Positions 1-12,918 are shown, counted from the whole stretch's first letter. The stretch: 63,707 nucleotides of DNA, filler included, from Octopus bimaculoides (GCF_001194135.2; 8 parts of 8 records of this genome joined end to end with filler, not necessarily neighbours in it); one strand, 5' to 3'. Notes: generated by a model from the letters alone, not told the origin. Made by a program: numbers and translations.

Positions 1-41
<41 letters not shown>

Positions 42-2193
42 ATATATATATGTATAGGTGTGTATATATACGCACGTATATATGTATGCATATATATAGA
101 GAGAGAGGCAGATAGACAGACAGATAGATAGATAGATAGATAGATAGATCAATGTGTGTATTTATTTATATCTATATGTATACATGTGTTTATGCGTGCA
201 TGTATATGTATATATATATATATATACAATGTACGCACATATGTATATAAATTACATATCTATTTATTAATATGAATCTTTCTCTTTATCTATGTGTGTG
301 TGTATGTGTGTGTTTGTGTGTGTGTAGATAGTTGAATGTATTGATGTGTTTATGTGCGTTATACATACAAAAAAACATATATACAAAATAAAAAAAGGTT
401 ATAGAAAGAGGAAGGAAAATAACTAGTCATGCAGAAGGTGACGGATTCCTGACATCTCTATGTGAGATGAGTTATCTATAATGAACCCAAGATAAACCAG
501 TGCTTATTTAAAGAATTATCAGTAATATTTACACAAAGCTATGATATGAATGGCAAACTAAAGTTTTTAACATTTACCCCTGATTACTCCCAAATAAATG
601 TTTTTCTTTCCTAATAATACAGTTTGTCTCTCTCTTTCATTTTATCTTTCTGTCTTAATTTTTTAAAAATTTATTTTCTGTCTTGGCTCAATTTGTGGTT
701 ATGTATCAAAGTCTAGCCTTTCAGTTCATGAATAAACACTACTTTAATTCTGAACAACTGGTTTTGCCAAATTCTTAAGTGCAACCGATGATAGCTTATT
801 GGCTAAACATATGGTACAGGGTAGTTGCTGCACCCACTGGCAATAGCTTTCACTCAAGGTGCCATCCAACCGGGTGACAAATATCCCTTCACCACAAGCG
901 TACTATAACCACTACTAGAGCAGAATACACCGCCAGGATGTGACCCTTTATCTCCTCTACTGATTCTTTTCCTTAACTACTAGATTTGGACATACACGCA
1001 TCTGTGATGTACTCTTATTCTTTCGACATCTCTCTTGATTCTATTCCCTCGCAAGCACTAGTAGAGCTGGATACACTGACATGATATTTCCCTCTTCTGT
1101 CTCCTTGATCGATTATACAAATATATTGTTCTCGTCTAATCTATTTAACAAACAACCACCATTATCTAAATTCATCCGACTGACCGTTCCTATTTTAATC
1201 GTGCCTATTACGACCTTTTTCTAGACCCGATTCCAGGCACACTGAACTACAGTCATCTGCAACTCCCTCCCTGTGGACGTTGCTGTTATTGCTCCTGAGC
1301 CCTACGTCAGCCATTATCAGACTTACGATCGGAAGTAATCCAGCTGTATCCATTCTCGCAAAATATATCTAAGAATATCTCACTCCATTTTAAAGACAAC
1401 AGGCTGTGATTAGAGGGAAAATAGCCTGATCGTATACTATCTATTAAAGCATAAAAAAAATCATCTTTACAAACTGTTACTCAGAGGTTCGCGCGAATGT
1501 TCGGTGGACTGTTGTGATTACATTCTATGATAAATACATAACTATTTAGTAGACAAAATATACCTACAAAATAGCAGACATAAAGAATCAATTCATCAAA
1601 CACAAACGCATAGAAATTTTACGGTAGGAGTCGTAGTTTTCAAACTGTGTGCCGATCTAGTTACAATTTTATTAGACACAAGTACAAAGCAATAAGCCAG
1701 CAGAATCATTAGCAGGTTGGACAAAAATGCTTAGCGGAATTTTGTTCGTCGTTATGTTCTGGGCCCAAATTCTACCGAGGTGACTTTGCCTTTCAGGATA
1801 AAACTAGGATCGATCAAACCAACAGCTCTCTCCTCCAAGACTTTAGACATTTTGTCTGTAGTAGAAAACTTTATACACAAGAATGATTAATAATACAGAG
1901 TAAGCCATAATTTTCTATTATAAATTGTTAAAAATAAATTTCCTACCTTTATAACATTATTGTTTACTTTGGTTTTATTACGAAGTCATCCAATATTTTT
2001 TTATTTGATCAAAAGTGTACGACATAGCCAAAATCATTACAAATCACTAATTTAATGTTATGTCAGACAAACTGCTTATAGCTATGTTCAATAATCAAAT
2101 TAACAGCAACACAGGTCTCTTGTTTACTACAAACTATATTGCCGAATATTACAGACATGAAACTAAGCTATCGACCACAGATTCACACTATGC

Positions 2194-2224
<31 letters not shown>

Positions 2225-2542
2225 TGTATGTATGTATGTATGTATGTATTCATGAATGCATATATACATGCATACATACATATATATATATGTATGTATA
2301 TATATGTGTGTGTGTGTACGTACATACACATATACATGTGTGTGTGTGGTTTCTTTTGTTGCAACTGAACCTGAGAGTTTGTCTCGTGACTCGAGTTTCA
2401 CGCGCTGCGATCTTCAACCGAAACGTTGTTGCGTAAAACTTGCGTCACGAGACAAATTCTCAGTTACACTTTCAATAAAAACATCCTTTACAACTTGTAT
2501 GAGCACTCCTCTCTCGTTCATTCGGCTTAAACAAACGTTCGT

Positions 2543-2626
<84 letters not shown>

Positions 2627-3124
2627 ACACACTTCAATCTCGTTTACGGGAAACGTTTTTAGGTACGCATATAAAAGCTCTATTCCATTATGCCGGCTAC
2701 AACCTAATGATACCAACCTGCAATAACAATTTTGTGGGGTTGTACCGAGATATGCCGATATAATGTAGGATAAATAATAGTAATAATAATAATAATCATC
2801 CCAAGGATAGAATTCATAAATATTTTAATGCATCGCTACTCGCGTTTCCACAAATCTCATGTTTCTTACGATCATAGTTCGTATTCTTGGGGTGATTACA
2901 GTACAATGATCCCAAGAATACGAACTATGATCGTACGATCATGTGGTTTGTGGAAACGCATGTATCGATGCATTAAAATATTTATAAATACCATTCTTTT
3001 ATACAAAATTCCCGATATGGAATTGCATTTTGATATTTTTATCATTCGATTCATCGCCCCTTTACCTTATTCAATTAGTAGTAACTGTAGAGGTAGATCT
3101 AAACTGGTTGCAGTTATCATCTTT

Positions 3125-4775
3125 TTATTACAGGTTTTATTAGAGTTTCTGGAGTCTTGCATGCGTAGTCGGTTTACTACCTGCAGCCTACGGTATCATG
3201 CTATTCGTTCTTTTCAGCTATTTAATACTTTTCTGAATATTCTGGCCGTTCCAAGAAGGCAAGCTTATTGTAACAGTTCTACTGGGAACTTTATTTTAAT
3301 TTCCTTTATATTCTTCTGGATGCCTTCTGATACTGTTCCCAAAGACCCAACAATAATTGGCACTATCTTCAATTTCTTCATTTTCCATAGCCAGGTTATT
3401 TCATATTTCTTCGCTATTCGTGGGTCAAAGGGCCATGCAACATCAATTACATAACATATGTGATGCACCTTGTCCACCGCCACTAGGTCCAGTCTGTTAT
3501 GTTCTAGCACCTGATCTGTTAGGATTGGGAAATCCCAGAGGATTTTGCTAGTCTCCGACTCCGTCACCTTTACGGTTTGTGCTCATACCACGTCCTGTCT
3601 CCCTCTCTAGCTCCCATTTTTCGCACAGTTTCCAGTGCAGCACTTTTGCTACCTGATCGTGTCGTTACAACTTGTAGTGGTTTTGGGCAAGTCTAGCGCA
3701 TTCGTTCGTGATATAGGTAATGGTTTCATCTACTCTATTGCATTGTAGCACAGCGGAGACAGTTGCTCATTTTTTAGGTTGACCCTACAGTTTGTGGCCA
3801 AAGCTTGGTCTTGCACTACCAGTATAATGTTCTCGGTCTCTTTTTTTTAGTGTTCCTTTCATCAGCCAATCGCACCCATTTTTTCTAGCAACTTCTGTTT
3901 GTGTCTACATGGCTTTGATTGTGTAGTCTCTTGTTACGTAATTCTTTTTCATGTTCTTTTTGTACTTCTTCCTTTGTTTTCCCTTTTTTTCTTTGCTCTC
4001 AGTACTCCAGCTTTGTTCCTAACTGTCACTAGCAAGGGATCCTTATTTTAGACTTGGTATCTCATTAAGTTCTCGAGTTCGATACGCACACAGTTTCCAC
4101 ACTTATCAGTCCCCTTCCTCCATTTGCTCTCTTCGTGTATAGGCGATCAGTGTTTGCACGTGGATGACGGGTTCCATGCATCATTAGGAGCTTTCTTAGC
4201 TTTAGCTCCTCATCTACCCACTTCAGGATTCCAGCGCCATACTGAACCACTGTGACTGCGTGGGGATTTAATGCCGAAATTATTTTTCTGGCATTCAGCA
4301 TTAAAGCCAATATTTTTCTATCTCGCTGTAAGTACTCTCTTTTTGTTCCTTTCCTTCATGTCGTCGTGTTTGATTTCATCTGCCTCAAGTATTCCGAGGT
4401 ATTTATAGCTGGCTTGAGGTTGCCTTCATCATTTCACCACTTCGCTACCATATGCCTTCTGTCCAGGCGAGCTTTCCTCGTTTCATCATCATCGTAGCAC
4501 ATTTTAAGAGTCCAAACTCCATATTAATATCCTTGCAGAAAATCCGCACAGACTGGACTAAGCTGTCCAGTTCTGCATCAGTTTTTGTGAATAGCTTCAG
4601 GTCGTCCACTAGTAGCAAGTGATTCACTTTTCCCTTATCTCTTCTCAGATCAAACCCCAACTTTGTTTTCTGTAGTATTTCACTCAAGAGGATCATTCCC
4701 AGCACGAATGTCAGTGGGGAGACACTATCCCTCTGGAAGATTCCTCTCTTGATTTTCATCTCTTCTAGTACTTGC
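3125..4775 (-). mobile_element. 5'-truncated, frameshifted R4/Dong-like non-LTR retrotransposon (RT + CCHC region + RLE endonuclease)
   Basis: Minus-strand fragments: RT motifs RGIFQRDSVSPLTFVL and HLLLVDDLKLF (4445-4759), post-RT region RLYTKRANGGRGL (4065-4310), RLE C-terminus KILWDFPILTDQVLEHNRLDLVAVDK..IDVAWPFD (3265-3567). The 5' junction abuts (TAA)n on the sense strand (about 4780-4848). Confidence 0.88.
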
Positions 4776-4777
4776 TA

Positions 4778-4848
<71 letters not shown>

Positions 4849-5117
4849 NNNNNNNNNNNNNNNNNNNNNNNNNNNNNNNNNNNNNNNNNNNNNNNNNNNN
4901 NNNNNNNNNNNNNNNNNNNNNNNNNNNNNNNNNNNNNNNNNNNNNNNNNNNNNNNNNNNNNNNNNNNNNNNNNNNNNNNNNNNNNNNNNNNNNNNNNNNN
5001 NNNNNNNNNNNNNNNNNNNNNNNNNNNNNNNNNNNNNNNNNNNNNNNNNNNNNNNNNNNNNNNNNNNNNNNNNNNNNNNNNNNNNNNNNNNNNNNNNNNN
5101 NNNNNNNNNNNNNNNNN

Positions 5118-5497
5118 GTGGGGCCCAGTTAGAATTTTTTTCAGGTCGAGTAGCCCATCCCGCTCAAAAGATCCCTGAATAAGGTTTGTTTAAGGATGTT
5201 GAGCAAAACACCCATGTTTCCAAAGATGAATTATTCAAACCGCAAAGAACTCCTCTCAACACATGGCTATGATGCTCCCCCACTACTTCTGCTCGTGATC
5301 AGAGATGCACATATCGTCAGCCACCAAGGGACATGCTCAACTGGTTAAGGTCAAACAACTGACAAGCAAATCTGTGGTATTAAGCAGAATATTTGCTGTA
5401 GCCCATCTTTTATACCAAGACAAAACAACGTACATGATAACACTTCCAATCAATTAAGATCAGAAACCACCAGAGCCACTGCCTGGTACTGCATCTG

Positions 5498-5498
<1 letters not shown>
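5118..5498 (-). mobile_element. Non-coding retroelement segment ('family E'), copy 1, next to a (TAA)n tract
   Basis: Near-identical to 35239-35557 and 36175-36398 (shared GGTGGGGCCCAGTTAGAATTT..GTAGCCCATCCCGCTCAAAA). Right end runs into (TTA)n. Strand inferred from the fixed end of copies 2 and 3. Confidence 0.7.
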
Positions 5499-5562
<64 letters not shown>

Positions 5563-5565
<3 letters not shown>

Positions 5566-5927
5566 TTCGCCTTAGCGAAGGCGGAGATATTGTTTTCAGT
5601 CGTGTATGTTTGTCCGTGGACAAAGATATCTCAAGAACCGCTGAATGGATTCGGATGAAACCTTCAGGGCTGTTTTGCCTCGTGACTGGCACCAACTGAT
5701 TAGATTTTGCGATCGATCCGGTACCGGACAAGGATTCTGGATTATTTTTCCTGTTTTTTTTTTTACTAAATTTTTGAGAGTGGTCGGGTTCATTTTTAGT
5801 ATTTTCATTTGTGAGAGCAGTCGAGTTTATTTCAGATATTCTCATGTTAAAAATCATCTCTGGCTAATCGTTGAGAGGACGTTGGTGTTGCCTTGGCGGA
5901 GGTTTGCGCTCTCTGAGTTCTCTTGTT
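5563..5927 (+). mobile_element. Helentron-associated non-autonomous element (HINE/DINE-1-like)
   Basis: 5' ACCTTCGCC with local hairpin CCTTCGC-CTTA-GCGAAGG, then TGTATGTTTGTCCG micro-repeat and GGATTCGGATGAAA; 3' subterminal inverted repeat CCTTGGCGGAGGT followed by GCGCTCTCTGAG; T-rich flanks. This is the architecture known for HINEs. Confidence 0.65.
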
Positions 5928-5944
5928 GTTATTGTTATTATTAT

Positions 5945-6310
5945 TTCATATATGCACAACAGATGTAACTGTTGGAAAAGAAGAATCGCTAACATCGGTC
6001 TACAACAAGTAACCTTAGATGCCAAGAACATCCCTAAGTATTCTAGCTGTCCCTAATAACACTGTTTTCTGGAGCGGTACTAAACTAGGTTTTATACATA
6101 TTTCCTCTATCCACCAGTTCAAATCTCTAAGGATGGTTCCTAATGCAGCTATAACTACAGGGATACATTTTACGTACATTTTTCATAACCTCTGTAACTC
6201 AGTGGCTCGGTCTTTGTATTTTGCTATTTTCTCTACACCTCTCATATTGACTTCCTCATCCTTTGGGACTGTAAAATCAATTAGCTGGCACTTTCTTTCA
6301 GGTAAGGTAT
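5945..6310 (-). mobile_element. 3' end of R4/Dong-like RLE retrotransposon
   Basis: Minus translation gives IDFTVPKDEEVNMRGVEKIAKYKD..ELQRLW..IPVVIAALGT..LQKTVLLGTARILRDVLGI*, then a short 3' UTR ending in ATAATAATAACAATAATAAC. Confidence 0.8.
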
Positions 6311-6559
6311 GAATAGGAAAGGGATTCTACTAGGCCGATGTTTATGAAAGGAAGGACTGGATGTAGTGATTACTGAGGGACTCGTCGGAGAAAAAAAATA
6401 AAGACGGTGATGAGAAGAGGAAAGGCGAGTACAACAGAAATATTTGAGTGAAGGTGATATGAACCGAGCCATCTTTACTGAGTAGAAGCCATTTATTATA
6501 GTAGCGATAGAAAAAGACAGAGAAGGGAGACCGAGTTTCTTTGGGTCAGAGGCTACATC

Positions 6560-6770
6560 GTATGTTAATCATCCTACCCTTTTCTGGTGGAGGATGTGTC
6601 GAGAATGTCTGTAAGCACAGCTACAACAACAACCCAGATATAAGAACAAGACTTCATTTTGATTCAAAGCAATGCTTTGTAACAATAATGCTTATGGGAT
6701 TAAATATTTACTGTCCTGAAGAGATGGAATGTAGTTAGAGCCATGTAAATAGATGCTTTCTCCGTGAGAA
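6560..6770 (+). mobile_element. Possible highly decayed Penelope-like 3' end
   Basis: Peptide ..FVTIMLMGLN resembles the GIY-YIG-terminal GLN motif. It is followed by CTGAAGAG-ATGG..CCAT, a partial hammerhead-like core without an intact GAAA. Confidence 0.25.
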
Positions 6771-8702
6771 ATTCTTGGCGAGAGCAAGATCTGACAATTG
6801 CATCAATTTTAAATGTTTAAGTTGCCGTTGCATACTAATCGTGATTAAGATAGTGCCTGTGTGTTTATATTTGTGTGTGGATGTATGTGTGTGTGTGGGG
6901 GGGGGTGTAAGCGTGTAGAGTGACGATATTTTTTTGATTTGAATGGCATTTGAATTTTTGTTGCTATTGAAAGAGATAAAATTATTTTATCGTCATTAGA
7001 TAATGTTTCGACGGCTCTGTTCATGGAATCAGTGTGTTTAGCGTGTGGTGACTAGATTCCTCTGCACCACTAGAGAGGAATAAAGTCTAGTGTCATCTGG
7101 ACACGAATGAGTGTTGTTGGACGTGGCAGCAAATAAGGTATCTATATATAGAAGAAAGAGAGTGCGAATGAGTGTGTGTGTGTGTGTGTGTGTGTGTGGG
7201 AGAGAGAGAGAGAGAAAGAAAGTGTGTGTATGTGTATGTGTGTGTGAGCATGTGTATGTGTATGTGTGTGTGCGTGCGTGTGTGTAAGTATTTGATAGAC
7301 ATTATAAAGTAGATGCTGTGTCGGCTGCATTGATACCAGTACATTTATTTTACCAGTCGGTATTGAAAGTGCGTTTCACTAAAATGACTGCAACGCAAGG
7401 ACAGTAACCCAGTATAAGAGTAATTTTAATCGGTCTGAATTTAGCGCATATTATTAGAGCATATCCTACTAGCTGTAGTACATATTGTAAGAATATCAGA
7501 ATTATGAGAAGTAAGTTGACCTTTCTCCGATTCGAAATTGGAATTCTAGGCCATTTAATCTCTATTAAGATTTGTCGTCTGCCTTCGATTTCCGTTAACA
7601 ACTGTGCTGAAATTCAATTAATGCTTCAGCTCTTATAATGTTATATGTAATCTGAAAAGACAGCTTTATATTTTCGTCAAACTAATGGTACTGGAAATTA
7701 TCTGATCGTTAAACTTTCATGTTCGTTTAAACGCAAATATAATCGCTACTAGTTTGTTAAACATCCATGACGTTCTCTCGTGCAAATGTAATAATTTAAA
7801 ATTTAGATATATAAAATTACAGTGAAGCCATTCGCAAAACCGTCACAGATCCTATTATATACGCATGTATAAATATATTTTTGAATCTTTGCCTTAAGGA
7901 TAACTGTGTCTCACGCGGCGAGATGTTTTTATTTATTTTGAAGCGTAAATGACCCTAGATTTTGTCACTAAACATCGTTTGCTTGATGATGTTTCATATC
8001 AATTAGGCAAAGACAGATCGTTATCGTACATATATACCGTCTTACATGCTCTTGATCGCTCGAATTATTATGGTGTATTTCCCTTCTATAATGAAATCAT
8101 AGCCGAGTGATAACAGTGAACAAAATTATTTTATATTTAAGTATTCTGATTTCCTTTCTCAATTTCATCGCCATCCTGGTTAAACTGGTTTCTTTTACTT
8201 TTCCATATCTCCGGTCTTTTAGCTATTGCTTCAAATAATTATATTTCAGTGAGCTACTCTTTTTCTGTTCACGCCTTTTCTTGTTATTTTTTTCCCTTTC
8301 TTTACATCCAAGCCTCTTTCTTTCCTTCTTCTTTCCTCTTTTGCATATTATGTACTATTGATAGCGATAAGCAAGAAAAAGCATCCTGTTTTGATTCTTT
8401 CATAGACATATTTCATTAAAATAAAAGTATATTTATATTTAACCCCAATTCATTTGCTCCCCGTCCATCTACCACCACAGTGGATAGACGCCGTTTGTTT
8501 GAAGCATGAACCATCGTTGTTCGTTTGCTGTTCAGTTTAGTATTAGCATTTTCAACGCTGCTTTTATTCGCTATTATCATTTTGCATTTCTTCTTCTCCC
8601 ATTTCCTCCCTGTCTAACGCATATGCCTTTAATTTGACTCATTTGTTTCCCTTTATTCAACCCTACGTCTTGCTCTCTCTTTCTAACCCTTCCTCTGTGC
8701 AC

Positions 8703-8757
<55 letters not shown>

Positions 8758-8931
8758 TATATATATATATGCATATATATGTAAATATTCATATATATAT
8801 ATGCTTGTATGTACACACAAAGATATACATATACATATGCATTATATATAGATATATACATATACATATGTATTATATATATATATATATATATACATAT
8901 ATACATATTATGTATATGTTGTTGTGTGTGT

Positions 8932-9095
8932 GTTGGCACTCCCTCGCTTACGACGTCGAGGGTTCCAGTTGATTCGATCAAAAGAACAGCCTGCTCGTGA
9001 AATTAACGTGCAAGTGGCTGAGCACTCCACAGACACGTGTACCCTTAACGTAGTTCTCGGGGATATTCAGCGTGATACAGTGGCCATGTGACAAT
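8932..9095 (-). mobile_element. tRNA-derived SINE family C, 3' fragment
   Basis: Reverse complement of the 3' half of copies at 14850-15132 and 22727-23044. Confidence 0.75.
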
Positions 9096-9202
9096 TGTAC
9101 TGGGTTACATATTACCAATCGCAATAAGAATGACAGAGTACATACATACATACAAACATACATACATATATACATACATGCATACATACATACATGCATA
9201 TA

Positions 9203-9670
9203 CCGTAAATTCTCGAGTATAGTCCGCCCTTGAGTATAATACGCAGGGGATTTTTAAGGGGCTGTACCTCTGAAAAACTTAAACCTTGTGCATAAAACGC
9301 ACCCCTTCTCTAACTTGAGTCAAGGAGGTCTATATAACGTCCTTGGTTTATAAACGTATATACGGTAACGTTCTTTATTATTATTGTATATATAATATAA
9401 TGCAAACGTGTAGCTTTTTTGTGCACTTTGTTTGCAGAAAATAAAGAAATAACAGTAAAAAATAAATATTAAGTAAATTGTCTTTACATATTTATCACTA
9501 TCAGTTACAAGCCCGACATCACAAAATGCGTCTGAATAAACATTGCCGGACAGAGTCTCGGACATTGCTTAGAAAATATTTTTCATTTTTAACCTCGTAT
9601 ACAGTACGCACTAGGGATTTTGACCTTTAAATTTTGGGAACAAAATGCGGATTATACTCGAAGATTATAA
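9203..9670. mobile_element. Tc1/mariner-superfamily (pogo/Tigger-like) MITE
   Basis: Left end TA|CCGTAAATTCTCGAGTATAGTCCGC and right end GCGGATTATACTCGA form imperfect TIRs; no coding capacity. Confidence 0.6.
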
Positions 9671-9679
9671 TGCAGATTA

Positions 9680-9915
9680 TACATACATATGGTAAATTAA
9701 TGGGCAAGTTACAGTTCTTGTACCCTGACTATGAATTCTCATTTGTACCTGTCGTCTTAGATACATTAAGTTATGTACCAACAAATTTGCACAAAAACCA
9801 TGAAATACCCAGTTTCACGGAAAATGAGCGAAAGAAACTTACACGGACTCACCAAATGCATTCTATTACTGGCTCCGTGAAGATTTGTAAGACATTCTCC
9901 CAATTCGCCATCTGA
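9680..9915 (+). mobile_element. RLE retrotransposon C-terminal fragment, homologous to the 60190-60660 family
   Basis: YGKLMGKLQFLYPDYEFSFVPVVL..QMHSITGSVKICKTFSQFAI* aligns by eye with YAELLKNLQLLHPDYKFRFIPVII..QIQSITGTVKICKAFQKFII* at 60.4-60.6 kb. Confidence 0.7.
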
Positions 9916-9979
9916 GATTCTTCAGCTGAATAGATGCACACACTTGGGTGTGTGCATTAACAGCTGGTGTGCGCAAAGC

Positions 9980-10022
<43 letters not shown>

Positions 10023-11159
10023 ATGTGTGAGTGCGTGTGTGTGTGTATCTGTGTTAAAGGCACCTTCTACATAGTTCACCGAAATAACACTTGAACAAGA
10101 TATTTTGACCTGCTAGAAATAGCAGCCAAATTTCCAACAAATCTTCAAATATAAGGACACAGAAAGCATATGGTTCTTGATGCAGAAAAGATGATTTCGG
10201 ATGCAACTTCTTTTAATCATTTAACATCATCAACTCTCTTCCCAGACGGAACGTCTACTTAGTGATTGAAAGTGCAAGAAATAGCAGCTTAAACTTACTC
10301 AAAACATGCCTTATTATAGTAATTATGGCACTGTTCAGCAATTGCTTCTTTTGGAATAGACAACAACAACCACAACACAAACAATAACAACATCATCAGC
10401 ATCATCATCATCAACAACAAAAACAACCTCTCCCAGATCAACAAAGCCTTTAGATTTTAAACAGTTTGGTTTTGCAAAATACCCGTTGCTTATTTATACG
10501 TTGCTACATTATGAACTTATCTATCCGTAACATCGAATTTCGAGACATAATATTTACAAAACCACAAGAATATATATTCAAAAGAAAGCACAAATGTACC
10601 CACATTCATATATTTACACAGAAAATTGCAGTAAGCTCAAATTCAAAGCAATTTGGAAACAAATTTAATGTATAAACATGCGAAACAAACTAACGCAATA
10701 ACTATAGAAATACCTAGATCTTACAAACATAAGAACAGCTAGAAGATAAATGAATTGAGACACGCAAACATATGTATATATACATGCACAAACATAAATA
10801 CACACATAAACACGAAGTGGAACTCTCTTTAAGAGCTTTCTGTTGTTACTGACATTCTCGACCTTATTTTACGTTAATCGCAATGACATAGGTCAAATTG
10901 CTGGGCTAATAATCCGATTCTTCTTATCGGTGACAAGTCGTTAATCATTCACCACTCCTCATATTCATTCCAGCAAAGTATTAAAACATACATAGAACCT
11001 AACCCGAATTAACCAGAATTACTTACGTAGCAGAATTTTGCGTGGTCTTTCGACCTTCAAGAAGTAGCTGCCATCTATTCATCAAACCACACCCTTGTAT
11101 TAAAAAGAAAGAAAAAAACAAACAAACAAAACAAAAACAAAAATACATAAAAAATAGGT

Positions 11160-11317
11160 ACAGGCTTAGCTGTATGGTTAAGAGGTTCGATTCGCAACCA
11201 AGTGGTTTCGATTTTAGTCCTACAGCGCTGCACCTTGTACAAGTGTCTTCTACTATAGCCATGAGCCTACAAATGCCTTGTAAGTGAATATTTGGTAGTC
11301 AGAAAACCCGAAGCGCT
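11160..11317 (+). mobile_element. tRNA-derived SINE family B (decayed)
   Basis: TAGCTGTATGGTTAAG head and CACCTTGTACAAGTGTCTTCTACTATAGCC body, as in 19126-19280. Confidence 0.65.
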
Positions 11318-11330
11318 TAGTTTAGAATAG

Positions 11331-11420
11331 GGGCAGCTGATGAAGGAAATGATCTCTGTGTGGCCTGTCTGTTTTCCAATGTGTTCCTACCGTTGTCCGA
11401 AAAAAAGTTTGTTTTCCGTG
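11331..11420 (+). ncRNA. Degenerate type I hammerhead-like core in a putative Penelope-like terminus
   Basis: CTGATGA (11337-43), extra A, GGA..TCC stem II base, GAAA (11399-402). Stems I and III pair poorly. Confidence 0.35.
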
Positions 11421-11623
11421 CTCTGTTTATGTTCTCGTTTTTTATTTTGTCCACGTTTCCTTGTGATGTCCTGTACCCAGATATGCATCTATATGTACAT
11501 GTAGATGTAGGTATGCACATACATGTACGTATATATGCATATACTCACATATTACTTGTATTATTATTATTATTATATATATNNNNNNNNNNNNNNNNNN
11601 NNNNNNNNNNNNNNNNNNNNNNN

Positions 11624-11656
<33 letters not shown>

Positions 11657-11739
11657 CACACACACACACACATATATATATATACAATATCTGCCCACAA
11701 CATATTTCACACTAGCATCTCATAACAACAATACGGCAC

Positions 11740-12070
11740 AATTATTTCAACTCAATTGACCCTGCTCTCTCTTTAGCATTACACCAAAACACATTAAAGC
11801 AGAAACAGACCCCATTAAAGTTCAAGAAGTCTTTGGATAAGTTCCTTCAAGAAACCCCGGATAAACCTCCTACACCAGGATATGTCTCTGTAAACAATAG
11901 CTCCCTACTCGAGNNNNNNNNNNTTTGGATAAGTTCCTTCAAGAAACCCCGGATAAACCTCCTACACCAGGATATGTCTCTGTAAACAATAGCTCCCTAC
12001 TCGAGTGGGCCATGTTGTCCGATTCCTGATTTGAATGACTTCGCCAGATGGTGCTATTAAGTTAGACATG
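11740..12070 (+). mobile_element. CR1/L2-type LINE 3' end
   Basis: FKKSLDKFLQETPDKPPTPGYVSVNNSSLLEWAMLSDS* resembles CR1-group ORF2 C-termini; 82 bp are duplicated across a 10-N gap. Confidence 0.65.
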
Positions 12071-12092
12071 GCTGAAGACTTTCAAAGTATCA

Positions 12093-12139
<47 letters not shown>

Positions 12140-12918
12140 AGTATATATGGGTATATGGTAAGAAACTTGCTTCCAAACNNNNNNNNNNNNNNNNNNNNNN
12201 NNNNNNNNNNNNNNNNNNNNNNNNNNNNNNNNNNNNNNNNNNNNNNNNNNNNNNNNNNNNNNNNNNNNNNNNNNNNNNNNNNNNNNNNNNNNNNNNNNNN
12301 NNNNNNNNNNNNNNNNNNNNNNNNNNNNNNNNNNNNNNNNNNNNNNNNNNNNNNNNNNNNNNNNNNNNNNNNNNNNNNNNNNNNNNNNNNNNNNNNNNNN
12401 NNNNNNNNNNNNNNNNNNNNNNNNNNNNNNNNNNNNNNNNNNNNNNNNNNNNNNNNNNNNNNNNNNNNNNNNNNNNNNNNNNNNNNNNNNNNNNNNNNNN
12501 NNNNNNNNNNNNNNNNNNNNNNNNNNNNNNNNNNNNNNNNNNNNNNNNNNNNNNNNNNNNNNNNNNNNNNNNNNNNNNNNNNNNNNNNNNNNNNNNNNNN
12601 NNNNNNNNNNNNNNNNNNNNNNNNNNNNNNNNNNNNNNNNNNNNNNNNNNNNNNNNNNNNNNNNNNNNNNNNNNNNNNNNNNNNNNNNNNNNNNNNNNNN
12701 NNNNNNNNNNNNNNNNNNNNNNNNNNNNNNNNNNNNNNNNNNNNNNNNNNNNNNNNNNNNNNNNNNNNNNNNNNNNNNNNNNNNNNNNNNNNNNNNNNNN
12801 NNNNNNNNNNNNNNNNNNNNNNNNNNNNNNNNNNNNNNNNNNNNNNNNNNNNNNNNNNNNNNNNNNNNNNNNNNNNNNNNNNNNNNNNNNNNNNNNNNNN
12901 NATATATACACATACATA

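Noticed and set aside
2828-3454. 208-aa plus-strand ORF
   Set aside because: Antisense to the Dong-like element plus the hairpin region; no domain features.
11832-12005. 82-bp perfect direct repeat around a 10-N gap
   Set aside because: Identical contig-end overlap across a minimal gap; most likely an assembly artefact.
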